Below are positions 38,622 to 51,912 of a stretch of DNA of 64,000 nucleotides, in pieces. The position numbers were made by a program, and so were the translations under genes. The notes under the pieces are model-generated. The model made no database searches. It saw only the letters and a program-made list of their open reading frames with translations, and had not been told where the DNA came from. The first letter of the stretch is position 1. Each line of letters starts with the position of its first letter. Origin of the DNA: Podarcis muralis (lineage: Eukaryota); contig NC_135659.1 in NCBI RefSeq assembly GCF_964188315.1, positions 51,522,001 through 51,586,000 on the forward strand. Direction: 5' to 3'.

Positions 38622-40289
38622 ACTGGCTATGGAATCATCATCTTGGAACTCACTGTGGCAATGGAATGGAAGTGGTGGTCTAAGCAGTTGATACTACAAA
38701 TATCTTTCTCTGGCATGAACATTTAAATCCATTGTCTCAGCCATCGGAAACAAGCTGTTGGACTCTATGGTGAAACATGTTTAAAAGCATCAGTGTAATG
38801 TAAAGTGATCCTAAGACCTTGGGAAAGACAGAATTTGGAACAACCTTAATGGTGATCCAAGGAGAAGATAAGTACAAATTCAGAATATAGCTAGGGTGTC
38901 TTTCTCAAGTAAGATAGGGAGAAAAATGAGTAAAGGAGAGCCAGAAGACAGTGAGAATAAGGGCGGCAGCAATCTGAACAGAGGTGTAAGTCAGAACTGT
39001 TGAGAAACTTTATAAAAAGGTATTCCTCTTCACTTTTTTTCTGGAGGTAGAGAGGAAGCTAGAGCAATCCAGACAGACAAGCCCTCTAAGGTAACAGCCA
39101 AGGCCCAAAGAATCAGATTAATCCTTCATGACCTTGGAGGATTGTTTTGTCTTTCTAAGCCTGAATGAGGCAGAACTTCCCTTGGGAGTTGCTCTGCTCT
39201 GCTGGTGTGCATCTCTCTCTTGTGCTTCCTTTGCTCTCACACCATCTATGGGACACCAGACATTCAAGTGCATTTTGCAAAGCTATTTCATTTTTCATCA
39301 CTATTAATGAAATTAGCTATCCTACAGCAATTAGTTAAATAATGTGACTTGGTTTCTCCCATTCCCACTCTCACCATAAGACCTTTGCATGCAGCACTAA
39401 AACTGCCTGTTTTCTATAAGGCAAAATGGTGGTGCAGGGGTTTCAGCCCCGCCCCCCACAAAAGCTGTGTGCTCCTGTCCCAGAATAAACCTTTGGTTCC
39501 TGTTCCATGTTCCCTTGTTAACTATGAATATTATGAACATGTATGCCGTATTTCCATCCAGTCTCCTAGACTGGGATGGCTAAAAAATTGAATGGGGTGC
39601 CTTTCTTTAAATGATTCAGTAGTAGATGACGAAAAAAGGTGTCAAAATAGAAAGCTCTGGCCTAACATCCCTTTGGCTCCCCAATACTTGAGCTGTCATG
39701 CTGAACATTGAAACCACACAGAACAGGTTAAAGAGAGACAGGAATGGCTCTGCTGTAGCAGTGAAAAAAATTGAAGGCTGTTCCAGAGGTGAACTTTATC
39801 CTTTAACATCCTGCAAGATATGCCCTTTTTGCAGTTGTTGGCACATAATCCTCATCATGTTACATTACTTATTGACATTTATGCATGCGGAGAGTCTGGC
39901 CTCCCTGCATACCCTCAAACTCTACATGGCCTGAGAGGCAGCCTTGGTGTGTCTCGGGGGATGTTGTTTCATCATACTTGCACCTGCTCCTGAACCTGCC
40001 TGTGAGCAAATTCCTCCTTCTCTTGTCTGCCTCTTTCTCTGTTGTCTTTCAGTGTGATCTTTTCATTTACTTAGACAAGTAGATATGTATTGAAATAATA
40101 CTTGGCTCAATCCTAGCTGATTATTTCTCAATTTCACTGGGCTAGATTTCAGAAGACTGGGTATTCAATCTGTTCTCTGCCACAGACTTGTGATACAGTC
40201 TTAGTCATGCCCCTTCACTGGCTGCTCCTCCGTAAACAAGTGGAGGTTTTGCGAGCTGTGACTGATAGAGCTTGGTCTTCATAGAGCTT

Positions 40290-40720
40290 CCACCGCATGC
40301 CTGGTGTTGCATTTAATCTAATGACCATCTCCCCTCCCCCACTCTCCCGAAGCCCTTAGCTCTTCTACTGTGCAATGAGTGATCTCCCCAGGCCCGCAAA
40401 GGCTTCAAAGAGGGGATGAGAAATATTATTTATTCAGTTGTTTACAGAAGCGTTTGATCGGGAATAGTTCTTCACTGCCAGCCTGTTCTGTATTATTCAT
40501 TGCAATAATCTCTGCAGATTGTGATAAACTGTAACAGCGCCGGGGCAGCGAGCAGCGGGGCTTTGCTGATGCCGGCGCAGGCACCCTGCTCTAAAATATC
40601 GGCAGCTGCAATCATAAATCTCAATTTACAAGTGTGACTATTGCACGGGGAGTTATAGTTATACTAATGATTGCTTCTCTGTCTTATTTTTCATGTTGCA
40701 ACAGAGTAATAAATTTTTAA
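40290..40720. promoter_or_regulatory. Candidate CNE/enhancer
   Basis: CpG cluster (GCGCCGGGGCAGCGAGCAGCGG..GCCGGCGC) flanked by AT-rich homeobox-like motifs (TTTAATCTAATG, ATCATAAAT). Confidence 0.45.
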
Positions 40721-43409
40721 GAACAGCCTGGGCAGAGTGTTAGGGAAGGAAGCATGGTGCGTCCGCTTCCAGCCCTCTCTGTGCCTGATAACAGCTCTTC
40801 TTCACTCTTCGCAGAAGGGTGGCAGGTTAGTTAGAGCATATCCACCCACATCCTGGGAAAAGCACATGATTTAAATAAAAGGGATGGAGATCATTGTTCT
40901 TTGAGTGTCATCAAGAGTGCTGTTGCACTGATGTCCTGCTTGCAAGCTTCCCCAAGGCAGCTGGCTGGCCACTGTGATAACAGGTTGGACAAGATGGGCC
41001 TCTAGACTGAGCCAGCAGGACGATTCTTGCATTCTCAAGAAGTCCCATTGGACCTTGATGTCTTCACCTTTATGATGAGAGTTGCTTGGGGGAGATGGAA
41101 TTATGAAAAGTATTTGGAAGGACCCTGCCAGTGTGATGTCATCCAAAAGTCCCCTTGCACCTGCTTTTGCCTCTCGATGGATGGATAAATAGATGTGGAC
41201 ATGAGTTTCTGTATCTCATCTTTGTCAGTTTGAGTGATTTCCCCCTCCATCATTGTACATCTTGACTCCATATTTCTGCCAGTATACCTAGTATGATTGG
41301 AGAAAGCACAAAACAAGATTCTGCTAACTTCATAGATGCTAAGACTAAAATCCTGTGATGCTGACATCACTTCCTGGATAAAACCAAGGCTCCAGTTACT
41401 GAGTCTTATTCTTTGGTGGTTGTGTGGCTGCAATGCCCTACTTTATTGGCCCAGGCTAAGGTGGCTTCTTTGGACCAGAATGCCTTCTCAGCCAGGATGG
41501 TGGGACACAGGCCTCACTAAGCATTTCTCAAGTGCTCTCCAAGATCTGTGATGCGTGGTAGCTGATGGATGCCTCTGTTCAGAGAGCTGACATGGTGATG
41601 TACGCAGAGCCTAGAGACATATAGATTTTTCAAAGTGGCCACTCTGAGCATAATTATAAATATCCAGTCCCTTCACATGGTAAATTGCTGCTGAACAGAA
41701 ACAAAACTCTGCGGGGTGAAGGCCTTCCATCTCTGCCTCTTGTAATATTATTCCAGGAGATCCAACCCATTGCTCCACCTCGATGGGGATGTAACATAAG
41801 TGGTGCCCTAATCTGTTCTCTTACCCATTAGTGCATTACACCCTGATGGTGTAACTCCTTCTGAATGATTGGTTCATATTCCATTAAGCAGTGGGAAAGA
41901 AGAAAGGAGGGGACTAGCAGGCACCATTGCTGGGCATGCTATTCAGGACAGAGCATTGAGGACTGATGTAGAAAATTTCAACTCTTAGTCCTCTCCTAAG
42001 TTTGGTGGATCTGTCACAATGCATGTGTTGTGGAGAGTGAATGGACTCCAGAGAATAGTACTACCTAGTTTGATCAGGACCTAGTACTACCTGCTTTTAT
42101 TTGGACTATATGCCTACCCTTTGCCTATGAACTGAAAGTTTGATTTCATGTTTCAGTATGTTAACAGGAAGCTGTTGCCCAATGCCCTTCTCCCATTCCT
42201 CAGGCACTCATACCTGTTGCTTAGGCTGGTTGTGTTTGACAGCAGCCCCACAACACTATTATTTTATTTCCCCTTCCTGGCAGATATTGCAGCATTGGTT
42301 GTCACATGTTGAATGGAATAGTAATGAACAGTCTTGGATGGAATCCAGTTTTGTTATCTGTACAATTTAGATTAAAAACAACCATTACTTAGCAGTTGGG
42401 CAGTAGCTATGGTTCATGACCTTTCCCACTCAAGGGACAAGCAAAATCTTTCCAACACAATTATAAACCATTAGGAACGCCCCTTTGCTTTACATCTGGA
42501 AAATGGTACAGTGAAGGCCAGCCCTGTCCTGAACCCTGATTGGTTATGCTTGGGCACACAGGCACCTCTTGCCAATCTTGAATCAGTCAGGCTTGTTGGA
42601 AGAGACCCTGTGTTTACTTTAAATGGCCTTCCATTGCTAACCATTTTCTGGCAGTTGAAGAAAAAGGCTTCTGTGCATCGGGCTGCATTTTGGAATCATT
42701 CTGATCCACTTGTTTGGCCAAAGATCGGCAGTGAAGAAGTCTGTGGTTAGACAAATAGACTGTTTTGCCTTTTCATCTTCCTTCTTGGATCATCATTTGA
42801 AACCATAACTTGCATGAGCTTTTGTAGATACAAATTCTGTTAGGGGCTATTTCGCTGCTAAAGTTGAATTGTATATTACTTTCATCAGAATAATATCTTC
42901 CTGGCAGCAGAGGAAGCCATACTGGAGCTCACAATATTCATTTTGCATCACCACTCAGCCAAAAGGCTTCTACACAGAAACCTGAGGGCTTAAAACAAAC
43001 CAAAGCCAGAGGGGTGCTCTTCTCCCTAGGTGCTCTTATTGTTCACTGGGATTTCTTATAGTTGTTCTCAGACAGAAAACTGCATAAGATTTGTTTGTTG
43101 GTTTGGGAGCAAGGGCTGTGGGGAGAAGGTCAAAGCATAAAATTGGAGTTGAATCGAAATCAATGGCAGAAGCAAAGATTCGTGACTGCTTGAGTTAATT
43201 GTACCATCACTGCACTCATTGCTGCGGCTTTCCAAAAGGGTTTGGTGGCTCATTAGTTTGCATGTATGTAAAGTTATTTCTGTTCAGCTTTTCACCGATT
43301 TAATCAAAGTTGCTTTCAGTATAAAAAGATAAACTATCGGAAATAATAAAATGAGACTAAAAATACCACAATAAAACCATTGAGCTTAAAACCATCCTTT
43401 TCTTAGAAC

Positions 43410-43439
43410 TGCAAAGATCAAATAGAAAATGCCTGCCAT

Positions 43440-43475
<36 letters not shown>

Positions 43476-43660
43476 AATAATAATAATAACAGGCCTATTT
43501 CATGAATGTAAAGAGAGGGTGATTGTTCCCAGGCAGAGAATATCTGTGGTACCACCACTGAAAAAGCACTGTCTGTAGTACTCATCAATCCAATATTCAG
43601 TAAAGATGGACTAGGAGCTGGGCCTCTAAAGCTAACCTTATGCACAGGCAAGCTCATGCA
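43410..43660 (-). mobile_element. L2 LINE remnant carrying an (AAC)n(AAT)n microsatellite
   Basis: Minus-strand TTDSAFSVVVPQIFS resembles the L2 ORF2 terminal RAFSVVAP.LWN motif; the poly-Leu in the ORF is just the microsatellite. Confidence 0.55.
43440..43490. repeat. Compound (AAC)n(AAT)n microsatellite
   Basis: Direct inspection. Confidence 0.95.
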
Positions 43661-46600
43661 AATTATTTGATGCAGTTGCTCTTTTGGTATGGGCAGCCAC
43701 AGAAGGTTAATAGTGTAGATTTTCTCTCCCTCTCCCTCTCCCTAGCCACTGACCCGCTGGAATTAATTCCTATGTTAATGTTGGGGGGAAGGCAATATGG
43801 GAATCCGAGATTCTTTAAAGGATAATAAGCCATGTTGATTTCTGGATTCTCTTGTCTTGTCTTATTCCTTACTTGACCCCATCCTCTGGCAAATATTGGC
43901 TGTACTCAATATAGAATTAGAATGAGGGATTGGGTTGCTTCATTTGTCCATTCTGTATTCCATAGCATTTACAATGCAACATGTTTCATGCCACAAGAGA
44001 GAGAGGAAACCACGCTTTTCACAACTTGCAGGAAGAGTGTAGTTTGAGTGATGAGGTTCTTCCATCATTGAGAAGCCTGGTAATTTCAGCTCTCAGACAG
44101 GGAATCCTGTTGGCTTTAAACCAAAATCAGTGACAGATTTGTGACTGCAGAAATGATGTCATTAAGTCCGGAGTGGTGTGTGCAACTTGAAAGCGATTGA
44201 GTGATAGATGCAAGTAATTTTAAAGCTGTTGTCCCAATCTCCCCTCGCAAGGCATTTCAAGAAAAGTTGCATATCTACACTTGAGGAGTGTAAATAATTT
44301 AAATGAACAATGTCAGGTAAAATTGCAATCACTTACAGCTCAATAATGTTACAGAGAGGAATGTAAAGCAGAGCCCAGCCTCTTCAGTCATTCAACTATT
44401 TCTTCCTCAAAGCTGGAATTAAACAACAATCTGTTTGGTTTTGTGCCAGCTCTCCTGTGGGCCTCGCTGCTGCTGTGTCCTACAGTGTCACATGCAAGAT
44501 CACAAATGTGTCTTGTGTTTGGTTATTTCTTGGCCTCAAGGAACATATTGTGTGAATGTTAAAAGTTAGTTGCAAACTTGAATTTCTTTGATTTGGGAAG
44601 TGGGAGTATCCCCATCCCTTCCTAATGGATAGGCACTAGTGGACAGACAGCAAACATATGCAGAACATGCACAACAGTATTCTTTCACTATGTTTAGACT
44701 GATCACTAAGCTGCCATGTGTATCAACTTCCCATTCCATATATATATTGCCAAAATGGCATTTGTGCCGCTGCCACTTTATTTTTCCTTTTCACCCTGGT
44801 TTAGGAACTCTGATTTGTGTGTGGTATCTGGTAGCTATCTCTCCCCCCCCCCCCAATGGCATGTTCAATTCATCCCTATTTACACATGAATGTCACATTA
44901 GCCCTTTTTGCCACAAGCTTTGTGTTATTGCAGCCATTTCACCCCCCAAAAAAGCTCTGTTGTGCTGTGTTCTGTGAATGGGCATTAAATAGCTCAGCCT
45001 CTCATGGGTCTGTAATTCCAACTGCAAAATTGGCAATGCTGGTAATGAGCTTGGGAGTTACTGTGCATTGGACGCAGCCACTGCTTAAACCTCAATATCT
45101 TGGCCATTTAATTTAATGGGGCTTTTTAAATACCCAAAGCGATTAAGTTCACATTGTGAGCTAATCGCCTACAAAATTTCATTTCTGAGAGATGCAGCCT
45201 GTTTAGGAGAGAATTAGTGGTGAAAATGCCAACTCTGCCTGTTTCTTCCTTCCCATCCCATACTTCCACCCAGACAATTTGGAGGGGAATAGCTGGCTAT
45301 CGTGGCCTACACAAGTAGTTTATTCCATGCCCAGAAGGATTTGTACAGTTGTCAACATTACCTTGCAAAGAGGGTTTCATAAATATGTTGGACTAGAAAG
45401 TTTGAATTAATTAAGAAAAGTTTGTTTTACCATCTTGAGCTGGTCTGCACTTGTCTGCTCTGCTTTCCAGCATACTCCCTCCCAACTATTTTCTCCCCAC
45501 ATGGGGCCTGGTTCTGTGATCAGAGAAGGGAGCATTTGTTTCACCCTCAGGTAGTGGCAGCAACAGCAGTGGTACCTAGTGGAGCTGCATGGCAGCAGGA
45601 ACTTTTGCATTGATACTGTGCTCTCCCACGCACACACATTGCCTCCATCAGTTACCACCACAGAGTAGCTGCAGCCCTCCATGAAAAGTGATTTAATGGG
45701 TTAGCCACCACAGTAGCTTTTCAACAAGTTCAGGCAACTGTAGATGTGGGTGTTGGGTAATTGACCACATGTTTGAATGGGATCTATGGATCCAAGGCAC
45801 TGTAAAATCCTGAGGGTCTGGAAGCATGGATATTCCCTCATCCTTGGGCAGCCTCAGACCAGATTAGCCCTGCAGCTTCCGAGTTAGGACAAGCACTCTC
45901 CACTCTCCTGGCAGTCAAACCTCTGACCCCCAACTGCCTTATGGCACAAGCAACTTTCTTTCAGATTTTTTACTCTTTGGAGAAACCACAGTAGTCTCCA
46001 TGTCAAACCCAGAGCCCTTCAAGTGTGAGAAGAATTTGAAAAATTGAGAAAGTAGTCACATAGGCTCCTTAATCCCTTGAAACTTGGAGGGGGAAAATGG
46101 GCCTGGTCTGGCCATTGTTGACCCTACCTTAGTGTTCAAGTGGTAACAGCTACCACTACATAGCTCTGATTTGTAGAGTTTTATGTATGTTCTCCTACAG
46201 ATCCATTGAGCCAAGAGGCCTGAACAGTTGATAACCTATCTCACTTATTAAACTCATTAAAAACCTCCCTAAGGGCTCATGAAGCTTGGATCTTGAGCAC
46301 AGTGCATACAGATATGTTTAATGAGATGTCCACCTGCAGAGTCATCATAAGCTTAACATCCAGTCAGTGTAGGTTTCTACGGCATGAAGCCCAAGCTGTA
46401 AACAGAGCCATCTGTTTTAATGGGCTGCAGTGTAAAAACTTCCCCAGTCAATAAATCACAAGGGCATAATTTGTATCCTATGCTGCCTGAGGCATTGGGT
46501 AAACCTACTCACACACAAGACTCCCCACAACAGCCAGCTTTAATGACCATTTGACTTAACTTTCTTCCTCCACTACCTTTTGGGAGCTCACAGGAAGAAC

Positions 46601-47114
46601 AATTGGATGTGGCAGCTGTTCTGTAAATAGTTTCAATCTCTAATCTAGTGTTGGACTTTCTCAGTCACTCCTCTCTCCCCTCCTCCAATGTTATTCTGTC
46701 TAGACTTGGATTCTTCAGAAAGGAAACATATAGGAGGATACCATTCCATGCCAATAAGAGGAAATGTCTAATGTGATCTTGTAAGGAGGGAGTCAGAAAA
46801 ATAGACCTGTAAAATTCATTCCTCCTTTTACTCTGGGGCACTCCTTGTTTGGGCTTCAAGGCTAGGGGTGCTCAGGCACTTTTCCCTGAGGTTTGTATTG
46901 GATAGCAGGTTGTGCATGGAAATTATAGCTAATCTAAACTGTGAAGAAGATAATTTGGGGCTGGAAGCATGAATCAGAACTGTGGGGCATTAAAATTTTG
47001 AGCAAGGAGTGTGGTTGGACTTGCAAGGGATTCATGGAATTAGAACTGGTGGGCAACTAAAAGACTGGACACAGAGGCTGGGTCTGGGATGAATTAGAGT
47101 GAGGCTTACTGGTG

Positions 47115-47116
<2 letters not shown>

Positions 47117-47176
<60 letters not shown>
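47117..47176. repeat. Compound (AC)n(AG)n microsatellite
   Basis: Direct inspection; explains the THTH/CVCV ORFs. Confidence 0.97.
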
Positions 47177-47177
<1 letters not shown>

Positions 47178-47629
47178 TTTGGGTCAGAATTGAGGGGCAC
47201 CAGAAAATGTATTTGCTTTCCAGGACTACGGTTCTGGATGGCCAACATTTCAGAGCTTGGGCCCCATCCAGCTTTCTTGCCCTCAGGTTCATTCTGAAAG
47301 CCCTCTGTGTGTGAGCAGAACCTTGGCCTGCTGATCTTCTTTGCATACCTCTGTGACTGAGGCTGCTTGTCTTGTTCCTCACTCTGCATCAACTGGAGAG
47401 GGGTCTGCTGCTTGGAAAAATAATTCCTGCTTGCCTTTTGCAGTAGGCACTCTCAAGTGGGTGATAAATAAGGGCCTTGGGGGCTGCTTGTTTCTCCAGG
47501 AGTGACAGGAGCCTGGGGCTTAGTGGCTGCTTGAGAAAGAGGAGCCCCATTTCCCTTATTTATTTCGAATCCTCCCCTGGCCCTCACTCTCTCCTTCCCC
47601 TGGAGGGGAGTTCCACTCCAGCCTGTGTG

Positions 47630-47900
47630 CGAGGCAGGGATATTAGTCCTCATTACTAATTAAAGGAAGCAGGAGTAATTGACGGATGGCGGATGGCGGG
47701 GGAGCCAATATGATTAACGGCCCCTGTCTCTGTCCTGGGGGCCCACGCTGAGCACTACCTGTTAGCTACAAATAAACAAACCTGATAAATAATAAAGAGT
47801 TTGGGGCGAGCAGCAGCCCAGCATTGCTTAAATTAATAGGGATTAGAGGGAGTGCCCTGACATGCAGCTGGGCAGGCAGTTGTTCAGAGAAGGGGTTGGA
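47630..47900. promoter_or_regulatory. Candidate CNE/enhancer
   Basis: CTAATTAA, GTAATTG, TGATTAA, forkhead-like AAATAAACAAAC, AAATTAAT; retained CpGs. Confidence 0.4.
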
Positions 47901-48391
47901 GTAAACAAGAAGCAGAGGAGATTCATCACAAAGGCCTGACTGAGTTTCCTTGGCTTTGCAAGCACAGGTGGATCCTTCCATCTGTTTTGGATCCCCTACC
48001 TGTCATTTGCCTTACTTGAGCCTCTTGGGTTGCTCAGTCAAGGATGAATAGTGAGACTTCTGGTGAGACTGAAAACAGCAGGTGGGGCACCATTTCCTCT
48101 GATGTTTTTGCATGACACAAATTGGCCCAGTGCTGGGATTCTCTGAATGATGCGAGACAGCACAATTCCTTGTTACCCCCCCCCCCACAACCCATTGTGT
48201 AAGCATTTAGAGGGGTTTCTTCTAGTCTATTTCTTAAGCTTTCTGAGATCCTTGTATGAGACGTTCCACACTTTATATGGCAGTTGCATTTGTTGTATTT
48301 CCTGTGTAGCACAGACATGAAGTGTGAAAGGCACACATGCTTCCTTAAGCACATGTGAAACTGTGATAGGGAGCTATTGTTTGCTCAGGAG

Positions 48392-48392
<1 letters not shown>

Positions 48393-48431
<39 letters not shown>
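48393..48431. repeat. (CA)n microsatellite
   Basis: Direct inspection. Confidence 0.97.
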
Positions 48432-48435
<4 letters not shown>

Positions 48436-48749
48436 TTAAGAATGTGTGTCTCTTCTTTACACTTTGTTTGGCTCCAACCAGCTGCTACATTTCTAGCCAT
48501 CTAAGGTTGCAGTGAAAAGTAGACACTAAAGGTGACAACCTGGGCATACGGTTTGTTAAATAATGCACTTGAAAGGGGAGTAACAAATCTGGGACCCTAT
48601 ATGGGAACCAGCTTTACTTGAGCTAGGGCTCCATCGGGGCCAAACTAGGCATGCCATTCCTAGAGTGATTGCAATCAATATGCCTAATTTTACAAAATAG
48701 AAATAGTAGCCATGTGGTTGAGGGAAAGAATCAGGATGGGAACTATCAG

Positions 48750-49221
48750 TGTCAGATGGTGGTGGTGTTTGCTCGTGAGTAATCAGGCAGGACTCCAACC
48801 TGGCTTTTACAGGTTTTATTGTGCAAACTATTTACAGTGCAGATCTACCAAGTTCATGTCCGTCTCAGTCACTTGCAGAATCCGGGAGTGGTCCCTTCCG
48901 GTTGCTTCCCCAACATAAGAATTGCTTCCCCTAACCCCAAGCCTCCTCCTCCCCTCCTTGCGTTTCACCCCTCTGCGCAAGCTGGGCGATGGAAGGGACG
49001 TGCCTCCCTCCTGGCCAGCCTGGCTAGGTGAGGCACTGGGGCTCTCCACAGCATCCTTGAGCCCTTTCCTTGCTTGTCTGGCCCCTTCTCCCTCTTCTCC
49101 ACTGGAGGTATGGCTTTTCCCACCGCTGGAAGAGGAACTGCTCCTCAGGAGTTTTGGAGGCTCTCTGTATCCCAACGGCCCTCCTGCCTCCCTCCCCTGT
49201 TTCAGTGGCAGTCCCCTGACA
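48750..49221 (-). mobile_element. Solo LTR (472 bp), family unassigned (Gypsy/ERV-like)
   Basis: Termini TGTCAG...CTGACA; 5-bp flanks ATCAG (48745-48749) and GTCAG (49222-49226), 4/5 identical; minus-strand AATAAA at 48815-48820, about 65 bp from the terminal CA; purine-rich U3-like segment. Confidence 0.8.
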
Positions 49222-49639
49222 GTCAGGATTAACCCTTCCCCTACTCTGATCTCACTGAAATCCTCCCCTTGCTTTTTAAGCTGTTGATTGCCTTGAAAAG
49301 GAAGCTTCAAGTGACAGCAAATGAAACTTCCCTCCTGGAGTAAATAGTGGTTTGTGGGGGCGAGGAGAAGTTTCATCAGGACCAATGTATGGGGAGGGGG
49401 AGTAACCAGCCCCCCTCCCTCAGGTCTCTCAGTTGGCAACTATTTTATTTTTTAAGACAATACATGTTAATTTCAATCATGCCATCAACCTCATGTCTAT
49501 CTAGTTCGGCCTTTAGCAAGCGTGTTGTCAAAGCACTTCACGTGTATTGTCTAATAGTAATCCTTACAACGGCCCCAGTATAATGTCTGTCAGTATTATC
49601 ATTTTGTAGATTGTTGGGGGTCTGAGGTTAAGAGAGAGT

Positions 49640-49745
49640 GGCTAGCCAGAGGCCATCAGGTGAGACCATGGCAGAGGCAAGATTTGAACCAAGGGTATCC
49701 TGATTTGTCACTCTCCCTCTTAGCTACCATGCTGCGATGGCTGCT
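49640..49745 (-). mobile_element. Old tRNA-derived SINE remnant
   Basis: CCATGGCAGAGGCAAGATTTGAACCAAGG..TCCTGA..CACTCT..TAGCTACCATGC is an antisense B-box/A-box head. Confidence 0.55.
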
Positions 49746-50544
49746 ATTAGCAGAAGACTAGGCCACAAGTGTCCCCTGTTGCTAGCATTGTTAGTATAGA
49801 AATGCACAGATGGGTGGAACAAACTGGCTGTTGGTATCTAGCCTTTACTGAATATTGGCCTTAAACAGTAACTGCTCGTCCCTCCTGTCGCCCTGCACCT
49901 CTGCCTGTATCATTTTTGCAGCTCCAGCTACATTTGTGCTAAAAGTGTGAGTGTGTGAAAGTTCCCTGCTGCCCCACAAAGGCCTTGGCAAAACCTAGCT
50001 AACTTGCTAACAGCCGCCTCCTTTTCCCAGGCGTTTGCTGTCATATGCTGTTTGGTCTCAGCCAGTGAATAAGGCAGCCGACGGGCGTATCTTCACCCCC
50101 TGATGACATTTGAATAAAGCACTCTGCCTGTTTGCGGTGCAGGCATGGTGGGTGATGCCGGGCTGGGGGAAGGCAATGAGGTCGGGGGCCTCTGCTGGCT
50201 ATCACATCGAGTCTATCTTATCGCTACAGTAATTTGATGATAAAAAATAATCCCAGGCTGGAGAGGAAACATGTGTAGTGGAGTAAAGATTGAATGTAGG
50301 TGGAATGTACCCTGGGGCAGCAGCTGAGATAGAAGGAAAATGTCCTTCTGTTTGACATACTGCTGCAATGCCGCCCTGCGCCCACCCAGCTTTGTTGAGC
50401 ATTATTTTACATGGAGGAGGGAGGGGGAGATGGCGCTTGGGTTAACTGATTGCCTGAAGGCATGAGATCACGGAGAGAAAGATAGCTCTGCATGCTCCTG
50501 TACCCTTTCTCTGGTTTCGTAGCCACAGAATCAGACATGAAGAG

Positions 50545-50558
50545 ACACCAGAGGGCGT
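50545..50558 (+). promoter_or_regulatory. Candidate CTCF site
   Basis: ACACCAGAGGGCGT matches 12/14 of the CCASYAGRKGGCRS core. Confidence 0.3.
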
Positions 50559-51864
50559 AGCTTTGTGGAGCTCAGATATGGCCTTCCCCGTACACCACAC
50601 ACTCACATTGGAGGATATCAGGAAAAGTATGCGGTCCCTGGTCTGCCTTTTCCAAACCAGCCCCTATGCTGACGTTTTGCAAATAACTTAGAAATCATTC
50701 AGCACTGAGAAAGTAGCTGTTCTTGCTCAGTCGTGACCGATCCTCCTCCTCCTATGTGGCTTCAACACACAAACATTTGTATGATAAAGTACAGGGGCAA
50801 CATATATGGGACTGCTAGCCTAATGTGAATCCTCTCTGTTGAAAGAACATAGTTCAGTATATCTGTATGATGAAAAAGGTCATCTCAGTTCAAACCTGCC
50901 TGTGGAAGCCTTGTCCTCTAAACTGAGCAAAATGTGTGTGTGTTTGTTTTTGTTTGTGTGAGAAGAGCTTGAGCATGAGGGATGGCCAGGAACCCGCCCT
51001 GTAAGCTTATCACCATGAGGAAAAAACCTGAGGCTTAATGGTGTTTGAGAATGTCTATGCAAACTTACTTCTGTCTATCTGTTTTACCTATCTGTGATGT
51101 CTAGAACTTCCTTGATGCATTAACCTGCATGAAGGGGACTCCACTTGTTGAAGAGGTAGCAAGGCCTTTTGTTGGCCCTGTCTTCCAATATCACATGGCT
51201 CTGCAGTCCCACTCCCTGGTGTCCACACATTGAATGTGGACATATGCACCAGAGAAACCATGCATGACTTGTATACAGTCTGGAATCCTGTTCTTGTGGA
51301 AGCCTTTTTACAGTATGTACCTATTGCTTGGCTGGGGTGTGGGAGCTGGGGAGCAGTGTGATGTTCAGGACAAGGACAGCAGCAGAGCCTACTGTGTCTT
51401 CAAGAGATTGTGTGAGATTGCCTCTGGCAAAGCAGTGTTAGAACAGAGCAGGCAGGATTCCGAATTATTAGCTTATAGGCCAGGCATCTCCTCCACAACA
51501 TGCACACACACACAGCGCACACTTGTAGAAGAAACATGGACCTGTAGGCAGAGTGCAAGAGACATGAGTGCTTCTGTTGCATGACATGCCCTTTCAATAA
51601 CGACAGATCCCAGAGTCCCTTTGTTCCTGTCGCATTTTCTGTGTACAGGTAATAAGAGCCTGTAGCAGCCAACTGGTAGCAGGAGGGGAAGAAGAAGCAC
51701 CATACCAAACTGGCATTGAGGTCCCAGGGATGGTTCGAGCCAGTTCCCTGCAACTTACATGATTAAATAAGTTAGGTGTCTGGTTCCCAGAGTGCATAGA
51801 AGAACTGACACTTGAGCTCAAGGACTGGGAACATTGTCTAAAGGGCATTCAACAAACATGTGTA

Positions 51865-51866
<2 letters not shown>

Positions 51867-51910
<44 letters not shown>
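51867..51910. repeat. (AC)n microsatellite
   Basis: Direct inspection. Confidence 0.97.

Positions 51911-51912
<2 letters not shown>

Noticed and set aside
47032-47392. ORFs with CVCV/THTH repeats (also at 48324, 52310-52785 and 60971-61367)
   Set aside because: Translations of dinucleotide and tetranucleotide microsatellites.
48010-48085. Minus-strand 53-nt exon-like segment (TTTTCAG..CAA|GTAAGG)
   Set aside because: Weak polypyrimidine tract, unrecognised peptide, no partner exons; consistent with chance.
48828-49439. 203-aa ORF, the longest in the window
   Set aside because: Mostly inside a solo LTR; low-complexity purine-rich translation with no known domain.
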